A stretch of 64,000 bases of DNA from assembly GCA_031362565.1 (NCBI GenBank), contig JANLSU010000054.1, positions 1 to 64,000 of the forward strand, given 5' to 3'. The position numbers were made by a program, and so were the translations under genes. Below the pieces are notes generated by a model. It made no database searches, had not been told where the DNA came from, and saw only the letters and a program-made list of their open reading frames with translations. Shown piece after piece: positions 18,301-28,000 of the stretch (its first letter is position 1; each line of letters begins with the position of its first letter). The stretch is from a bacterium (GTDB lineage Bacteria; Krumholzibacteriota; Krumholzibacteriia; G020349025).

Positions 18301-20908
18301 CGAAGACCGAACCGAAATCCACCGGGCGCGGAATCGCCACCAGGTCGGGCGCCGGTGTCACCGTGAGCACGACCGGCACGTTCAACAGCGGCGCGTCGAT
18401 GTCGTTGGTGCGAATCGCCAGCGCGCTGTGATAGACGCCGGGCACGATGCGCGCCGCATTGAAATGCAGGTCGATGTCGCGGCTCTGGCCGGCTTCAATA
18501 CGCCCCGAGTGCGTCGAGATGTCGAGCCACTGGCGCAGCGGCACGATGCGCAGCGCGAGCCCCGGCCGCAGGTACGGTTCGTTCGAGACGACAGTCAGGC
18601 CGATCGTCCGGTCTTGATTCTGCACGCCCACGGTGGCACCCGTCGCCGCATCGCCGAGCCGCTGATACTGGAAGCGTATTTCGCCGCTCGGATACAGCAC
18701 GACTTGGAACGTGTTGTCGCCCGGAGTCCGGAAGCGCTGCGCATTCTCCCACGTCACGACGAAACGATCGGCGGTCGCCTCGAGATGCATGGTGCGCGGG
18801 ACGAGATCATCCCAATACGGCGCGATGAGGTTCGCCGAAGCATCGGCCGACGGCAGGTGGACGTTGTTGAACCGTACCGCCGGGTCGGTGAATGACAAGT
18901 AACCATTCGAGCACACCCGCACGCGTTGAAACGCCTGGCCGTAGAACGGAAACGCGAAGGGCAACGCCACCTGGGCCGACATCGCTTCGTCGCCGCTCAC
19001 CAGATTCCCAACCGTCGGTGCATCGATCCAAGCGTAGGACGGCCCGTCCGGCAGGTCGCTATCGATCCAGCGGTACCCGAAGGCGTCGGGGCCGCCTTCA
19101 CCCGCGATCAGCGCACCGGCGGCCGTGTTCGGCGCGATGCGCGGTTGAGGAATTTCGAAATCGAGGCGGCCCTGGCCGTCGTTCCGCAGCGTCACCGTAC
19201 GCGCACTGGCGAGGCCCGTCGGCAGCGAGATCTGGACGTCCGGCGGACTCGCGGCGGCATGCGGCGCGGCGCGCGTCGTGGCGCTCGTGACGTTCGAGAT
19301 CGCGCTCGTGTTGTTGTCGTCGTCGATGGCGCGGAGCGCGAACCAATAGGTCGTCGAGTAGGCGAGATCGCGGACCGTCAAATGCTGTTTCTCGCCGACC
19401 AGCGCGGCGCGCGGCGCTTCGAGACGCTGGGCGCGCGTCGAGAACGTCGCCGCCGTGATGGGCTGGGTGTCGTAGCGGATGTCGTAGGTCCAGACGTTGC
19501 CTTCGCGACCGTCGTCGCCAGTGGCGGTCCAGGTCAATTCCAAAGCCGTGGACCCGACGTCGCCGGTGGCGACGTCGGTGACTTGAGCCGGTGCGGTGGT
19601 GTCGTTGCGCACCAGAGCGCGATACGCGTTCAGGCGTCCCCCACTCAGGCACAGGCCCGCCAGAGTCGGCTGCGGGTCGACCGTCGTCAGAATGCGGTTC
19701 TTGACCTGCAAGATGTCGAGATCCGGAAAGCGCCCGGCAACGAGTGCCGCGACGCCGGTGACGTGCGGCGCCGCCATCGATGTGCCGGCCAAATAGATGT
19801 AGCCGCCGCCCGTATGCAACGACAAGATCGCCTCGCCCGGCGCCGCGAGGTCGACGGACGTCGTTCCGAAGTTGGAGAATTCCGCCAAGTCATCGTACTG
19901 GTTCGTGGCCGCGACGCTGATGACGTACGGCGTATCGAATCCCGCTGGATAGAATGGATGCGCGTCGGTGTCGTCATGCTCGTTGCCGGCCGCCGCCACG
20001 AACAGCACACCGGCCCGGCCCGCCGCCTCGATGGCATCGAGCCAGGCTTGCGAAAATTCGCCGCCGCCATACGAGTTGTTGGTCACCCGGCAACCGACCT
20101 TGACGGCATACTGCAGGCCGGCGATCGCGCCACCAACGTCGCCCCGGCCGCTGCCGCTCAAGAACTTGATGCCGACGATCTTGCACTGCCACGCGACTCC
20201 GGTGATGCCGATACCGTTGTTACCGACGGCGCCGATCGTGCCGGCAACGTGGACGCCATGCCCATAGTCATCAAAGGGGTCGCCGTCATGGTTCGCGAAA
20301 TCGTAGCCGTGCACGTCGTCGACGTAGCCGTTGTTGTCGTCATCGAGATGGTTGCCGGGAATCTCGCCGGGATTCGTCCACACGTTGGCCGCGAGGTCGG
20401 GATGATTGGCGTCGATACCGGTATCGATGACGCCGATTTTCAGATCCGGATCGCCGGTGAACAAATCCCAGGCTTCGGGCGCCTTGATATCGGCGCCCGG
20501 AAAGCCCTCGAATTGACCGGTATTGTGCAGGCCGTAAAGCTCCGGGAAGCGCGGATCGTTCGGCAGCACCGCGACGGAAAGTTCGAAGTCCGGCTCCGCG
20601 TAGGCCACGGCGGGGTCGCGCCGGGCGCGCTCGATCGCTTGTTCCACCGTGATGCCATCGAGCTGCAACACTTGCGCATCGATGATCGCGAGTTCCTGGA
20701 CGGAGCGCGCGCCGAGCGCCGTGCACGTCGCGGCGCGCTTCTGCGGGCCAGCGCCGGCACGATATTTGACAATGATGCGATCGGCGCGATACGACGCCGC
20801 GGCGCGGCTCGGCCAGAGCCCCAACGCCAGACACACCAGAACGCCGGCACTCAGCCATGCCGCGCGTGGCGCCAGGTGGTGCGAATCGCGCCCCGGACGC
20901 TCCTTCAT
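15380..20908 (-). CDS. Secreted multidomain S8 subtilase with FlgD-Ig-like C-terminal domain (paralog 2)
   Basis: Probable start ATG 20908 (ATGA overlap with upstream stop); VIDTG / HGVH / GTSMAAP; three GGPD.(F/Y)G.R modules; C-terminal WDGRD...AGLYF. Confidence 0.94.
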   Translation of the reverse strand: MKERPGRDSHHLAPRAAWLSAGVLVCLALGLWPSRAAASYRADRIIVKYRAGAGPQKRAATCTALGARSVQELAIIDAQVLQLDGITVEQAIERARRDPAVAYAEPDFELSVAVLPNDPRFPELYGLHNTGQFEGFPGADIKAPEAWDLFTGDPDLKIGVIDTGIDANHPDLAANVWTNPGEIPGNHLDDDNNGYVDDVHGYDFANHDGDPFDDYGHGVHVAGTIGAVGNNGIGITGVAWQCKIVGIKFLSGSGRGDVGGAIAGLQYAVKVGCRVTNNSYGGGEFSQAWLDAIEAAGRAGVLFVAAAGNEHDDTDAHPFYPAGFDTPYVISVAATNQYDDLAEFSNFGTTSVDLAAPGEAILSLHTGGGYIYLAGTSMAAPHVTGVAALVAGRFPDLDILQVKNRILTTVDPQPTLAGLCLSGGRLNAYRALVRNDTTAPAQVTDVATGDVGSTALELTWTATGDDGREGNVWTYDIRYDTQPITAATFSTRAQRLEAPRAALVGEKQHLTVRDLAYSTTYWFALRAIDDDNNTSAISNVTSATTRAAPHAAASPPDVQISLPTGLASARTVTLRNDGQGRLDFEIPQPRIAPNTAAGALIAGEGGPDAFGYRWIDSDLPDGPSYAWIDAPTVGNLVSGDEAMSAQVALPFAFPFYGQAFQRVRVCSNGYLSFTDPAVRFNNVHLPSADASANLIAPYWDDLVPRTMHLEATADRFVVTWENAQRFRTPGDNTFQVVLYPSGEIRFQYQRLGDAATGATVGVQNQDRTIGLTVVSNEPYLRPGLALRIVPLRQWLDISTHSGRIEAGQSRDIDLHFNAARIVPGVYHSALAIRTNDIDAPLLNVPVVLTVTPAPDLVAIPRPVDFGSVFVGATAARILRISNEGSAPLHVSGISGPPFLSYATQTLGLDPGASQDVLVTYAPGAVGALAGDIIVASDDPDAAESHVRLAGRAIPAPSFSLDANSFAIDLTSNAVATRTLRVTNGGGSPFVFTAGAVLDAGTAAGTVPEPGADKAGLAPQPPAVKGAADRDHGPVPARSGGPDRFGYRYTDSDEPDGAAFDWINIAAAGTRVPFGNDDENLGPFPTGFPFPFYGASFNAFRICTNGFVSLTSSSATFANAALPARSPSSPENLLAVFWDDFDFSLGGSAFYLYDGTKLVVQFQDVVRYGETALNRFEIVLYPDGRIVYQYAAVGAAYRTSATVGIQNAVRDVGLQVAFNTDYVHDGLAVRFTPPARFLTLAPAGGTIAPGGFLDLRLRFDAANLLAGTYHAALRLAGNDPRLPVFHVPAQLSVTGAPDLVATPDTLDFGVVDLGFPQVRQLVIRNPGAEPLFVRQIETAEAAFAPRTNTLAVPPFGRALVDVRFAPAAAREYQEILFVRSNDPDQPNASIALRGTGRVPPDVVVDGASLLTARIPPGASVARTLTVRNAGASPLEFALTVRARGVPVGGSATAARAVRGAGGGPAPASGGLELGKQATDPRPGIQGGGGPDGYGNRWRDSTSPGGPVFDWVDVTTDGTRLNLTRDDQTQAGIAIGFDFPFYGATMRSVSICTNGWLSFASTDSSYSNQPLPSNGPRVPRALVAPLWDDYSFASGGSAYVRSEPGRFIVAWISAFHFITGQPATFEAILYPDGRIVFQYLHVPASGSSPTIGMQDDTGGDGLLVAYNTNFARAGFAVEIRPGDDWLRPSTRSGVLLPGAETDVIVQLDARELALGRYAGVVSMETNDPDEGAVQLPVTIVVAGPTDVDASLPHEWRLRVAGGNPASGSARLELALPSAASPDIALYDVRGALVRRLAAGAQSAGWHEIAWDGRDAAGHPVAAGLYFARATVHGRTLRARIVLVR

Positions 20909-23643
20909 GAATGCACCAGAATGACTTTGCGCACGAACTGTCGCCCACCCGTTTCCAAACGCACGAAATAAGCCCCGCGCACCGCCCGCCCGCCGGCCAC
21001 ATCGCGCCGGTCCCATGCCACCAAGTGTTGGCCCGGTGCCGCAACGCGCCTCCAGCGCCACAGCGCCCGGCCGCGCACGTCGAACGCCGTCAGGTGCGCT
21101 TCCTGCGCCTGGGCGAGTGTGAAAGCGATGTCGACGCTGCCGTCGGCATGTTCGCCCACCGCATCCAAACCGGCGTGCACGATTGCCGCGCGCACGCCAA
21201 GCGGTGCCGACGCGCTGGCACTGCCGTCCTTGCCGACGAGCCGCAACCGGTACCAAAGGTCGCCGTCCGCACCCACGGTCGCGTCGCGGTAGTGCATGCC
21301 GGTTGCAGGTTCGAGCTGGGCGAGGGTTGCCCATGGGCCGGCGGCGGCCGGCGACCGTTCGACGTCGACGCGCGCCAGGCGCTCCATCGCGGCGGGCGCC
21401 AGGCGCCAGACCAGATCGCAAGCGGATGCCTGGCGCTCGACCGCGAAATCCTCGACGCTGACCGGAGTGAGCGGGGTCACATTGTGCAGCACGACGACGG
21501 AGCCGATCACCGCATCCGTGTACAGCAAGTCGGGCAATCCATCGCCGTTTGCATCGGCGATGACGACACTGCTGACATCGCCGGTGCCGATGTCGACGCG
21601 CCGGTCCCAGGCGAGTAGCGGTCCGCCGGGCACGACAACAACCTGGCCGGCCGGCGCGCGAACGACCGCGACATCGATGCGGCCATCCGCATCGAAATCG
21701 TGCGCCGCCACGAAGCGCGCCGAGCCGTCGGTCACAACGCGGTAGTCTACCGCGAGCGCGCCACCTACGGCACGCAGCACCGTGACGCCCGACCGTCCCG
21801 AATGCGCCACGACAAATTCATCACGGCCATCGCCATCCAGATCGGCGGCTGCCACGGATGCAAGGTGATCGCCGACCGCGGTGGTCCGCGCCGGTTGAAA
21901 CGTGGCGTCGCCATTGCCGCGCAACGCTGCGACGACCCCGGCGTCGTAACACCCCGCGACCAGATCGCGCACGCCATCGCCATCGTAGTCGGTCACCGCG
22001 ACGCTGGCGGCACCGCTCGGCAGTTCAAAAGCATACGGCGCAGCGAACGAACCGTCGCCGCGCCCGCGCAGCACGCTCAGGATGTGCAGCGCACCTTCGG
22101 CACCGCCCGGTTCGCTCGTGATGACATCGAGATGGCCATCCGCGTCGAGGTCGGCGAGCCAGACAAGCGTCGGGTGTCCGGCAACGGGCGCCGCATTCGG
22201 TGCGCCGAACGTGCCATCGCCGGCTCCCAGGCAGGTGTCGATGCGCTCCGCCACGGGATCCACGTAGATCAAATCCGGGCGCGTGTCGCCGTTCACATCA
22301 CCCAACGCCATACTGGCGGGCGCGCCGCCCAGGTGCTGGGTGCGGCGCGCCGCGAATACGCCACCGCTCGCACCCAGGCGCACCGCAATGTCTCCGACTG
22401 CAGGATGCAGGGTGACAAGATCGGCGCTGCCATCGCCATTCAGATCGGCGCTCGCAAGCCCGGTGGGATCGGGTCCCATTTCGAGCGGCGCGTTCACTCC
22501 AAGCCCCGGGCCGCGATTGAGCAGCACGGCCACCGTGCGCGCGCCGGAATTCGGGACCGCGGCATCGATGCGCCCATCCGCATCGAAGTCGGCGAGCGCA
22601 ATCCCCAGAGGTGCGCTGCCGGCAAACGCGCGACCGGTGCGCGCGAACACCCCGTTGCCCTGCGCACCCAAGACGTCGATGCGGTTGGCCGCCTGGCGGA
22701 CGACGACAAGATCGAGGCTGCCGTCACCGTTCGCGTCGCTCGTGGCGATCGAAGTCACCGGGAAGTCCGCCCCGGCGTCGCGCCACCCGGCGTTGACGCC
22801 GCCGTCGATGGTTCCCATCAACACCGTGACGCGCCCGCTGTCGCCGCCCATCGCCAGATCGGCGGCGCCATCGCCATTCCAATCCCCGGTGACGACTGGA
22901 CCGGCGTCGCGGCCGAACTGCAGCCGCTGCCCGACTCCAAACGTGCCGTCACCGCGCCCGAACAGCACCACGAGCTGGCCATCGCCCGACGCCGCGATAT
23001 CGAGCGCTCCATCTGCATCGAAATCGCCGGCCGCCGCGAAGCCGATCGACAAGTTGAAATCGCTGCTCAATGGCGGCGCAAACTGCGCGCCACCCGAGCC
23101 GCGCCAAAACGACGCGCGCCCCAAGAGTCCCGCCTGTTCCATGACGACGAAATCGAGCTGGCGGTCGCCGTTGAAGTCCCCGACGACGAGATCGCGGCGA
23201 TCCGAAAAATCGCCCGTCAGATCGCGGCTCGTGAACTGATGGGCGCGCCCGGTGCCGGTGTTGTGGAAGACGCGCAAACGGGTCGCACCGGCGACAATGA
23301 GATCCATCCGTCCATCGGCATCGAAATCGGCGCTGCGGAGCGCGCGCGCATATGTCTCGATAGGATACTGGCCCGCCACCTCGAACCGCCCCGGCGCGGC
23401 GCCAGCGAGCAGTGTCACCGTCCCGGGATCGAAAGTCGTGACGGCAACGTCGAGGCGTGAGTCGGCGTCGAAATCGGCGCTCACTGCGAAGCGCGGCTGC
23501 GACCCGACCGTGTAAGTCTCGAAGAGGCTTTCGAAGACGGGCGCCGCGGGCGCCGCCGGCGCCGCAACGATCGCCACGAGCGCCGTGACCGCCGCCGGGA
23601 GTTGCAAGCGTGCAAGACGTGGCCGAACGCACTTGAAGGCCAT
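20905..23643 (-). CDS. FG-GAP/VCBS repeat secreted protein with FlgD-like C-terminal domain
   Basis: Signal peptide; many (A/G)D(F/L)(D/N)xDGxxD repeats with GxGDGTF; C-terminal WDRRD...GAYFVRLE. Confidence 0.92.
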   Translation of the reverse strand: MAFKCVRPRLARLQLPAAVTALVAIVAAPAAPAAPVFESLFETYTVGSQPRFAVSADFDADSRLDVAVTTFDPGTVTLLAGAAPGRFEVAGQYPIETYARALRSADFDADGRMDLIVAGATRLRVFHNTGTGRAHQFTSRDLTGDFSDRRDLVVGDFNGDRQLDFVVMEQAGLLGRASFWRGSGGAQFAPPLSSDFNLSIGFAAAGDFDADGALDIAASGDGQLVVLFGRGDGTFGVGQRLQFGRDAGPVVTGDWNGDGAADLAMGGDSGRVTVLMGTIDGGVNAGWRDAGADFPVTSIATSDANGDGSLDLVVVRQAANRIDVLGAQGNGVFARTGRAFAGSAPLGIALADFDADGRIDAAVPNSGARTVAVLLNRGPGLGVNAPLEMGPDPTGLASADLNGDGSADLVTLHPAVGDIAVRLGASGGVFAARRTQHLGGAPASMALGDVNGDTRPDLIYVDPVAERIDTCLGAGDGTFGAPNAAPVAGHPTLVWLADLDADGHLDVITSEPGGAEGALHILSVLRGRGDGSFAAPYAFELPSGAASVAVTDYDGDGVRDLVAGCYDAGVVAALRGNGDATFQPARTTAVGDHLASVAAADLDGDGRDEFVVAHSGRSGVTVLRAVGGALAVDYRVVTDGSARFVAAHDFDADGRIDVAVVRAPAGQVVVVPGGPLLAWDRRVDIGTGDVSSVVIADANGDGLPDLLYTDAVIGSVVVLHNVTPLTPVSVEDFAVERQASACDLVWRLAPAAMERLARVDVERSPAAAGPWATLAQLEPATGMHYRDATVGADGDLWYRLRLVGKDGSASASAPLGVRAAIVHAGLDAVGEHADGSVDIAFTLAQAQEAHLTAFDVRGRALWRWRRVAAPGQHLVAWDRRDVAGGRAVRGAYFVRLETGGRQFVRKVILVHS

Positions 23644-23661
23644 GGTTCGACGATCACCCCT

Positions 23662-26600
23662 CTACTGTTCGGCCAGCACGAGGCGGCGGCTCCGCCGCGT
23701 CGCGCCATTTTCCAACCGCACGACATACACACCGCGCGCCACCCGCGCGCCAGCCGCATCGCGCCGGTCCCAGACCGCGACGTGCAATCCCGCCCCTTGC
23801 TCGCCGGACGACACAACGCGCAAGCACCGGCCGCGCACATCGAAGATGGCGAGCGATGCCGGCCCGGCGTGCGCCAACCGGTAGCGGAGGGTCACCGGTG
23901 CGCCGGCGTGCGGCCAGGCGATGGGATCGAGAGCGACGGCGCGCGTGCCGATGATTCCCACAACTTCGACGGCGGGCGAAAAAAGTTGTTCGCCGGTTGC
24001 AGTGTGTAGAACGACCCGGAACCAGGCATGCGCGCCGGCCGCCAGCGGCCCGTCGACGAACTGCATCGTGGCAGCCGGCAGGAGGCGTTCGGCGGCGCAG
24101 TCCTGCCACGGACCGGCCGGCTGATTGGCGCGCTCCACCTGCACCGTTACAGTACGCGCCACCGCTTCGGCGCTTAGCCGCCACGCGAGTGTGACGCCGG
24201 CGTCGTCGCTCTGTGCTTCGAGTCCCTCGACGGTGACCGGAACCGGCGTCGTCCGGTTTTTCAGAATCGAGATCGTGCCCGAGGCCGCGTTCGCGACCGC
24301 GACGTCCAGGGAACGGTCGCCGTCCAAGTCGACCAAGAGAAGATCACTCGGGTTGTCGCCGGTGCCGTAATCCATCCGCGCGCCGAAACGTCCGTCGCCG
24401 CTGCCGAGCAGGATCGAAACCGTTCCGGCGCCGCTGTTCGCAACGACCAGGTCCGGATCGCCGTCGCGATTCATGTCCCCGCACGCGACCGCGAGCGGCT
24501 GCAATCCGCAGGCCACATCGGCAACGGATCGGAAGGTGCCATCGCCGCGTCCCATGCGAATCGACACACTGCTCGAGTCGGAGTTGGCGACAACGAGATC
24601 GAGCCGTCCGTCCGAATCGAGATCGGCACATGCCAGTGCCGCGGGGCCGGCCCCGACGCCGACACTTGGCAGCGTTTCAAACGTGCCATTGCCGGTGCCG
24701 AGAAACACCGACACGGAGCCCGCCCCCGAGTTTGCGGCGACGAAGTCCGGGCGTCCGTCACCGTTCAAGTCACCGGTCGCGGTCGCCGTCGGTCGTGACT
24801 CCGTGGCGAGCAGAGGCGACGATACGAATCCACCCTCCCGCCCGTACAGGATCGACACGACACCGTCGGTCAGGTGATTCGCGAACACGAGATCGGTATG
24901 GCCGTCGCCGTTCAGGTCGCCCGGCACGACATCCGCCACGGCGGTTTCGACGGCGATATCGGCCCGCGGCGCGAACGCGCGCCGTCCGAGGTTGCGGAAC
25001 ACGTGCACGACTCCGGTCCGTGACGCCACCAGGAGATCCAAGCGCCCGTCACCATCGGCATCGAGCGTCGTGACCCGAACGGGTTCGCTGGCCGTTGGCA
25101 GCAGGAGCGGCGGGTCGAATCCGACGCTGCGTCCGAACAACACCGCGAGCGAACTCGAGCCGCTGCAAGTCACGGCCAATTCCGCCTTCGCGTCGCCGTT
25201 CAGTTCGGCGATCACGACCGACGTCGGCCCGGCGCCGACCGCGTAGGTGTTCGCAGCGCCGAGACGCCCCGTGCCGTCACCGGGGAGCACCACCACGTCG
25301 TTGGTGCCTTCGCGGCCGAGGGCGATCTCCGGCCAGCCGTCCCCGTTCAGGTCGCCAACCGCCGCGCAGGTTGCACCGGGCACCGCGTACTCGACCGGCG
25401 GCGCGAAGAAGCCATGCGCGATGACGATGAAAACGGTGACTCCCATGCCCTCGCGGACAACCACGAGATCGTTCTTTCGGTCGCCGTTCAAGTCGGTGAC
25501 GAGGACGGCCACCGGACGGCTGATGCCCTCCAGAACCATTTGATTCTGAAAAGCGCCGAGGGCGTCGCCCCACGCCAAAGTCACGGTGTTGCTCGCCCAA
25601 TTGGGGATGACGAGGTCGTTGTAGCGATCTTCATTGATGTTGGCGATGACGACGCCGCGCGGCCTGCCGCCGGCTTGCAGTTGAACCGTGCTGCGAAACA
25701 AGCCGTCGCCGAGGCCGAGCAGCACCGAAACGTTGTTGTCGCCCTCGGTCGCAACCGCCAGGTCGACCTTGCCGTCGCCGTTCAGTTCACCGAGCGCGAC
25801 ACCGACCGGCAAGCTGCCGGTCGCGAAGCTCGGGCGCGATGCGTTGGAGAATTCACCGTCACCGTGGCCCTGGAGCAACGTCGCATAGTCCGAACCGCGG
25901 CACGCCACAACCAGGTCCGTAAAACGGTCGGCGTTGGCGTCGAGCGCGACGATGCCGGCGGGATCGCGCCCCACGGCGACCGTCGCCGTGGGCACGAAGG
26001 AACCATCGCCTTGGCCACCGAGGATCGTGACCCGCGACCCTGCGAGTGAGACGACCGCATCCGGCACGTTGTCGCCGTCCAAGTCGCCGACCAGCAAGTC
26101 CGTTTGCGACACCGCGAGCGCCGTAGTGCGATTCGTGAACGTGCCGCCGAGCGTCGCGAGGAACGACACGATGCCGCCTTGCTCCGTCGTCGCCACGATG
26201 TCGGGCCGGCCGTCGCGATTCAAATCGGCACTCGCCAGGCGCCCGGGCCGCGCGACGTGCAATTCGTTGCGGGTACCGAAGGTGCCGGTGCCGGACCCGA
26301 GCGCCACCGCGACGAGACTTTGATTCTCGTGCAAGGTGAGAAGATCGAACCGCCCGTCGCCGTTCACGTCGGCAAGCGTCGGCGCCGATGGTGCGCCGGC
26401 GGTGTGCAACGCGGCGAGCGGCGAGAATCCGCCGGCGGGGCTGCCGAGCGCGACCGTGACGTCGCTGCCACTCACCAAAGCCAGATCGACCCGGCCGTCG
26501 CCGTTCACATCCCGTGATGTCCATTCGCGATACGCCGGCAACGGCGCGACGGTGCGCGTAAAATCACCGTGACTGTTGACGAAGCAATCGACGGACGTGC

Positions 26601-27450
26601 TGTTGAGGCCGAAGACCAGAATGTCGGGCGCGGCATCGGCGTGAGTATTCTCGACCAGAATGCCATGCGGATCTTGAGTCACGGGATACGTGACGGTGCG
26701 TCCCGTGAACGCCCCGGATCCGTCGCGCTCGAGAACGGCGAGGAGTCCGGCGCCCCGCAATGCGACGACGAGGTCGGCGTGTCCGTTGGCATCGAGATCG
26801 GCGACGCCGACCGCCGCGGGGTAACCGGGAACAGTCCAATCTTCGCGTGCCGCGAACGTGCCGGCGCCGAGACCCCGAAACAGCGACACGCGTCGCGAAC
26901 CGAAGTTGCCGACGATCAGGTCCGGGATGCCATCGTCGGTCAGGTCCTTGGCGACGAGCGAGGACGGCGTCACATCCGTGGCGAGGTTGGCGGCGGCGCG
27001 AAATGTGCCGTCCCCGTTGCCGGCGCAGACCACGACGCGATTGGCCGCGAGCGTCGCCACGAGATCGAGACGGCCATCGCGATCGATGTCGGCACTCGTG
27101 AACACGAGCGGATCGGCGAGCGGATAGGGCGAACTCGGCGTGTATTGGGTCAGGCCGCGGTTCAGGAAGGCGCGTACTTCACCGTCAGAGGCGAGAACAA
27201 AGTCCGTGGCGCCGTCGGCGTCGAAGTCGCCGGCGACTACAAAGCGCGGCCTGAGCGTGGCCTGCAAGGCCACGAACGGAGCGTCGAATGCAACGTCCGG
27301 CGGCACGCCCCAGAGGAGGGCCGGCACCGCCACGATGGCGAGAACCGCGGCCGCCGCGAGCCTGGTTCGCGGCCGGCGCGGGTCGAAACCCACCGGCGAC
27401 GTCCAAGCACCCGGGCAACGGCTGCCACGGCACGCCCGCGCGCTGGCCAT
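23662..27450 (-). CDS. Larger FG-GAP/VCBS repeat protein with FlgD-like C-terminal domain; start uncertain (27450-27480)
   Basis: Repeated DLNGDGxxDL motifs; C-terminal ~190 aa visibly homologous to the neighbouring FG-GAP protein. Confidence 0.92.
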   Translation of the reverse strand: MASARACRGSRCPGAWTSPVGFDPRRPRTRLAAAAVLAIVAVPALLWGVPPDVAFDAPFVALQATLRPRFVVAGDFDADGATDFVLASDGEVRAFLNRGLTQYTPSSPYPLADPLVFTSADIDRDGRLDLVATLAANRVVVCAGNGDGTFRAAANLATDVTPSSLVAKDLTDDGIPDLIVGNFGSRRVSLFRGLGAGTFAAREDWTVPGYPAAVGVADLDANGHADLVVALRGAGLLAVLERDGSGAFTGRTVTYPVTQDPHGILVENTHADAAPDILVFGLNSTSVDCFVNSHGDFTRTVAPLPAYREWTSRDVNGDGRVDLALVSGSDVTVALGSPAGGFSPLAALHTAGAPSAPTLADVNGDGRFDLLTLHENQSLVAVALGSGTGTFGTRNELHVARPGRLASADLNRDGRPDIVATTEQGGIVSFLATLGGTFTNRTTALAVSQTDLLVGDLDGDNVPDAVVSLAGSRVTILGGQGDGSFVPTATVAVGRDPAGIVALDANADRFTDLVVACRGSDYATLLQGHGDGEFSNASRPSFATGSLPVGVALGELNGDGKVDLAVATEGDNNVSVLLGLGDGLFRSTVQLQAGGRPRGVVIANINEDRYNDLVIPNWASNTVTLAWGDALGAFQNQMVLEGISRPVAVLVTDLNGDRKNDLVVVREGMGVTVFIVIAHGFFAPPVEYAVPGATCAAVGDLNGDGWPEIALGREGTNDVVVLPGDGTGRLGAANTYAVGAGPTSVVIAELNGDAKAELAVTCSGSSSLAVLFGRSVGFDPPLLLPTASEPVRVTTLDADGDGRLDLLVASRTGVVHVFRNLGRRAFAPRADIAVETAVADVVPGDLNGDGHTDLVFANHLTDGVVSILYGREGGFVSSPLLATESRPTATATGDLNGDGRPDFVAANSGAGSVSVFLGTGNGTFETLPSVGVGAGPAALACADLDSDGRLDLVVANSDSSSVSIRMGRGDGTFRSVADVACGLQPLAVACGDMNRDGDPDLVVANSGAGTVSILLGSGDGRFGARMDYGTGDNPSDLLLVDLDGDRSLDVAVANAASGTISILKNRTTPVPVTVEGLEAQSDDAGVTLAWRLSAEAVARTVTVQVERANQPAGPWQDCAAERLLPAATMQFVDGPLAAGAHAWFRVVLHTATGEQLFSPAVEVVGIIGTRAVALDPIAWPHAGAPVTLRYRLAHAGPASLAIFDVRGRCLRVVSSGEQGAGLHVAVWDRRDAAGARVARGVYVVRLENGATRRSRRLVLAEQ

Positions 27451-27551
27451 GAAGCGCCTCCAGACGCGGGAAACTCGCAACGGCGAGATTGCAACTTCAC
27501 GCTAACACCCGACCTAGAGCCGGTCAAGGCGCGCGCCCCCCCCAAGGTGGG

Positions 27552-27992
27552 TCAGGTGGTCGTGGAGCGCAGGCGCATGTAGGTGAGGCCGCTGACTGCG
27601 AACCGGGTGCCGGTCGATTTCCCCACCAGGTCCACCTCGCCGGTCAACAGAGTCTTGCCGGCCTTCACGACGCGCGAACGCGCCACGACCGTTTCGCGGC
27701 AGGGGGCCAGGAATCGAATGTTGAATTCGATCGTGGTGAGCCGGGACTCGGGGCCCGCCAGGGTGAGCATGGCGAAGGCAACGGCGCTGTCGGCGAGGGT
27801 GGCCAGAATACCGCCGTGCAGGCACGCGAAGATGCCGTCCAGATCACGGCGATCCGCGAGTTCGAGATCACACTCACCGCGCTCGAGACGCGTCAGGCGG
27901 ACTCCCAACGTCTGGGCCAGCGGAATGGCATCGAAACGCGCTTCGATCCGGCGCCGCTCCTCGGGCGTGAGCGGCACGACGGCTGCAGTCAT
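27552..27992 (-). CDS. PaaI family (hotdog-fold) thioesterase
   Basis: LHGGILATLADSA, TTIEFNIRFLAP; 146 aa from ATG 27992. Confidence 0.92.
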   Translation of the reverse strand: MTAAVVPLTPEERRRIEARFDAIPLAQTLGVRLTRLERGECDLELADRRDLDGIFACLHGGILATLADSAVAFAMLTLAGPESRLTTIEFNIRFLAPCRETVVARSRVVKAGKTLLTGEVDLVGKSTGTRFAVSGLTYMRLRSTTT

Positions 27993-28000
27993 GGGACGCG

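Noticed and set aside
20909..21421. N-terminal extension making S8 paralog 2 2013 aa long
   Set aside because: Overlaps the FG-GAP gene in another frame; the ATGA-coupled start at 20908 gives a proper signal peptide.
20905..27480. DNA-level repeats or a diversity-generating retroelement in the FG-GAP genes
   Set aside because: The repeats are protein-level and diverged; no reverse transcriptase or adenine-specific TR/VR pair was seen.
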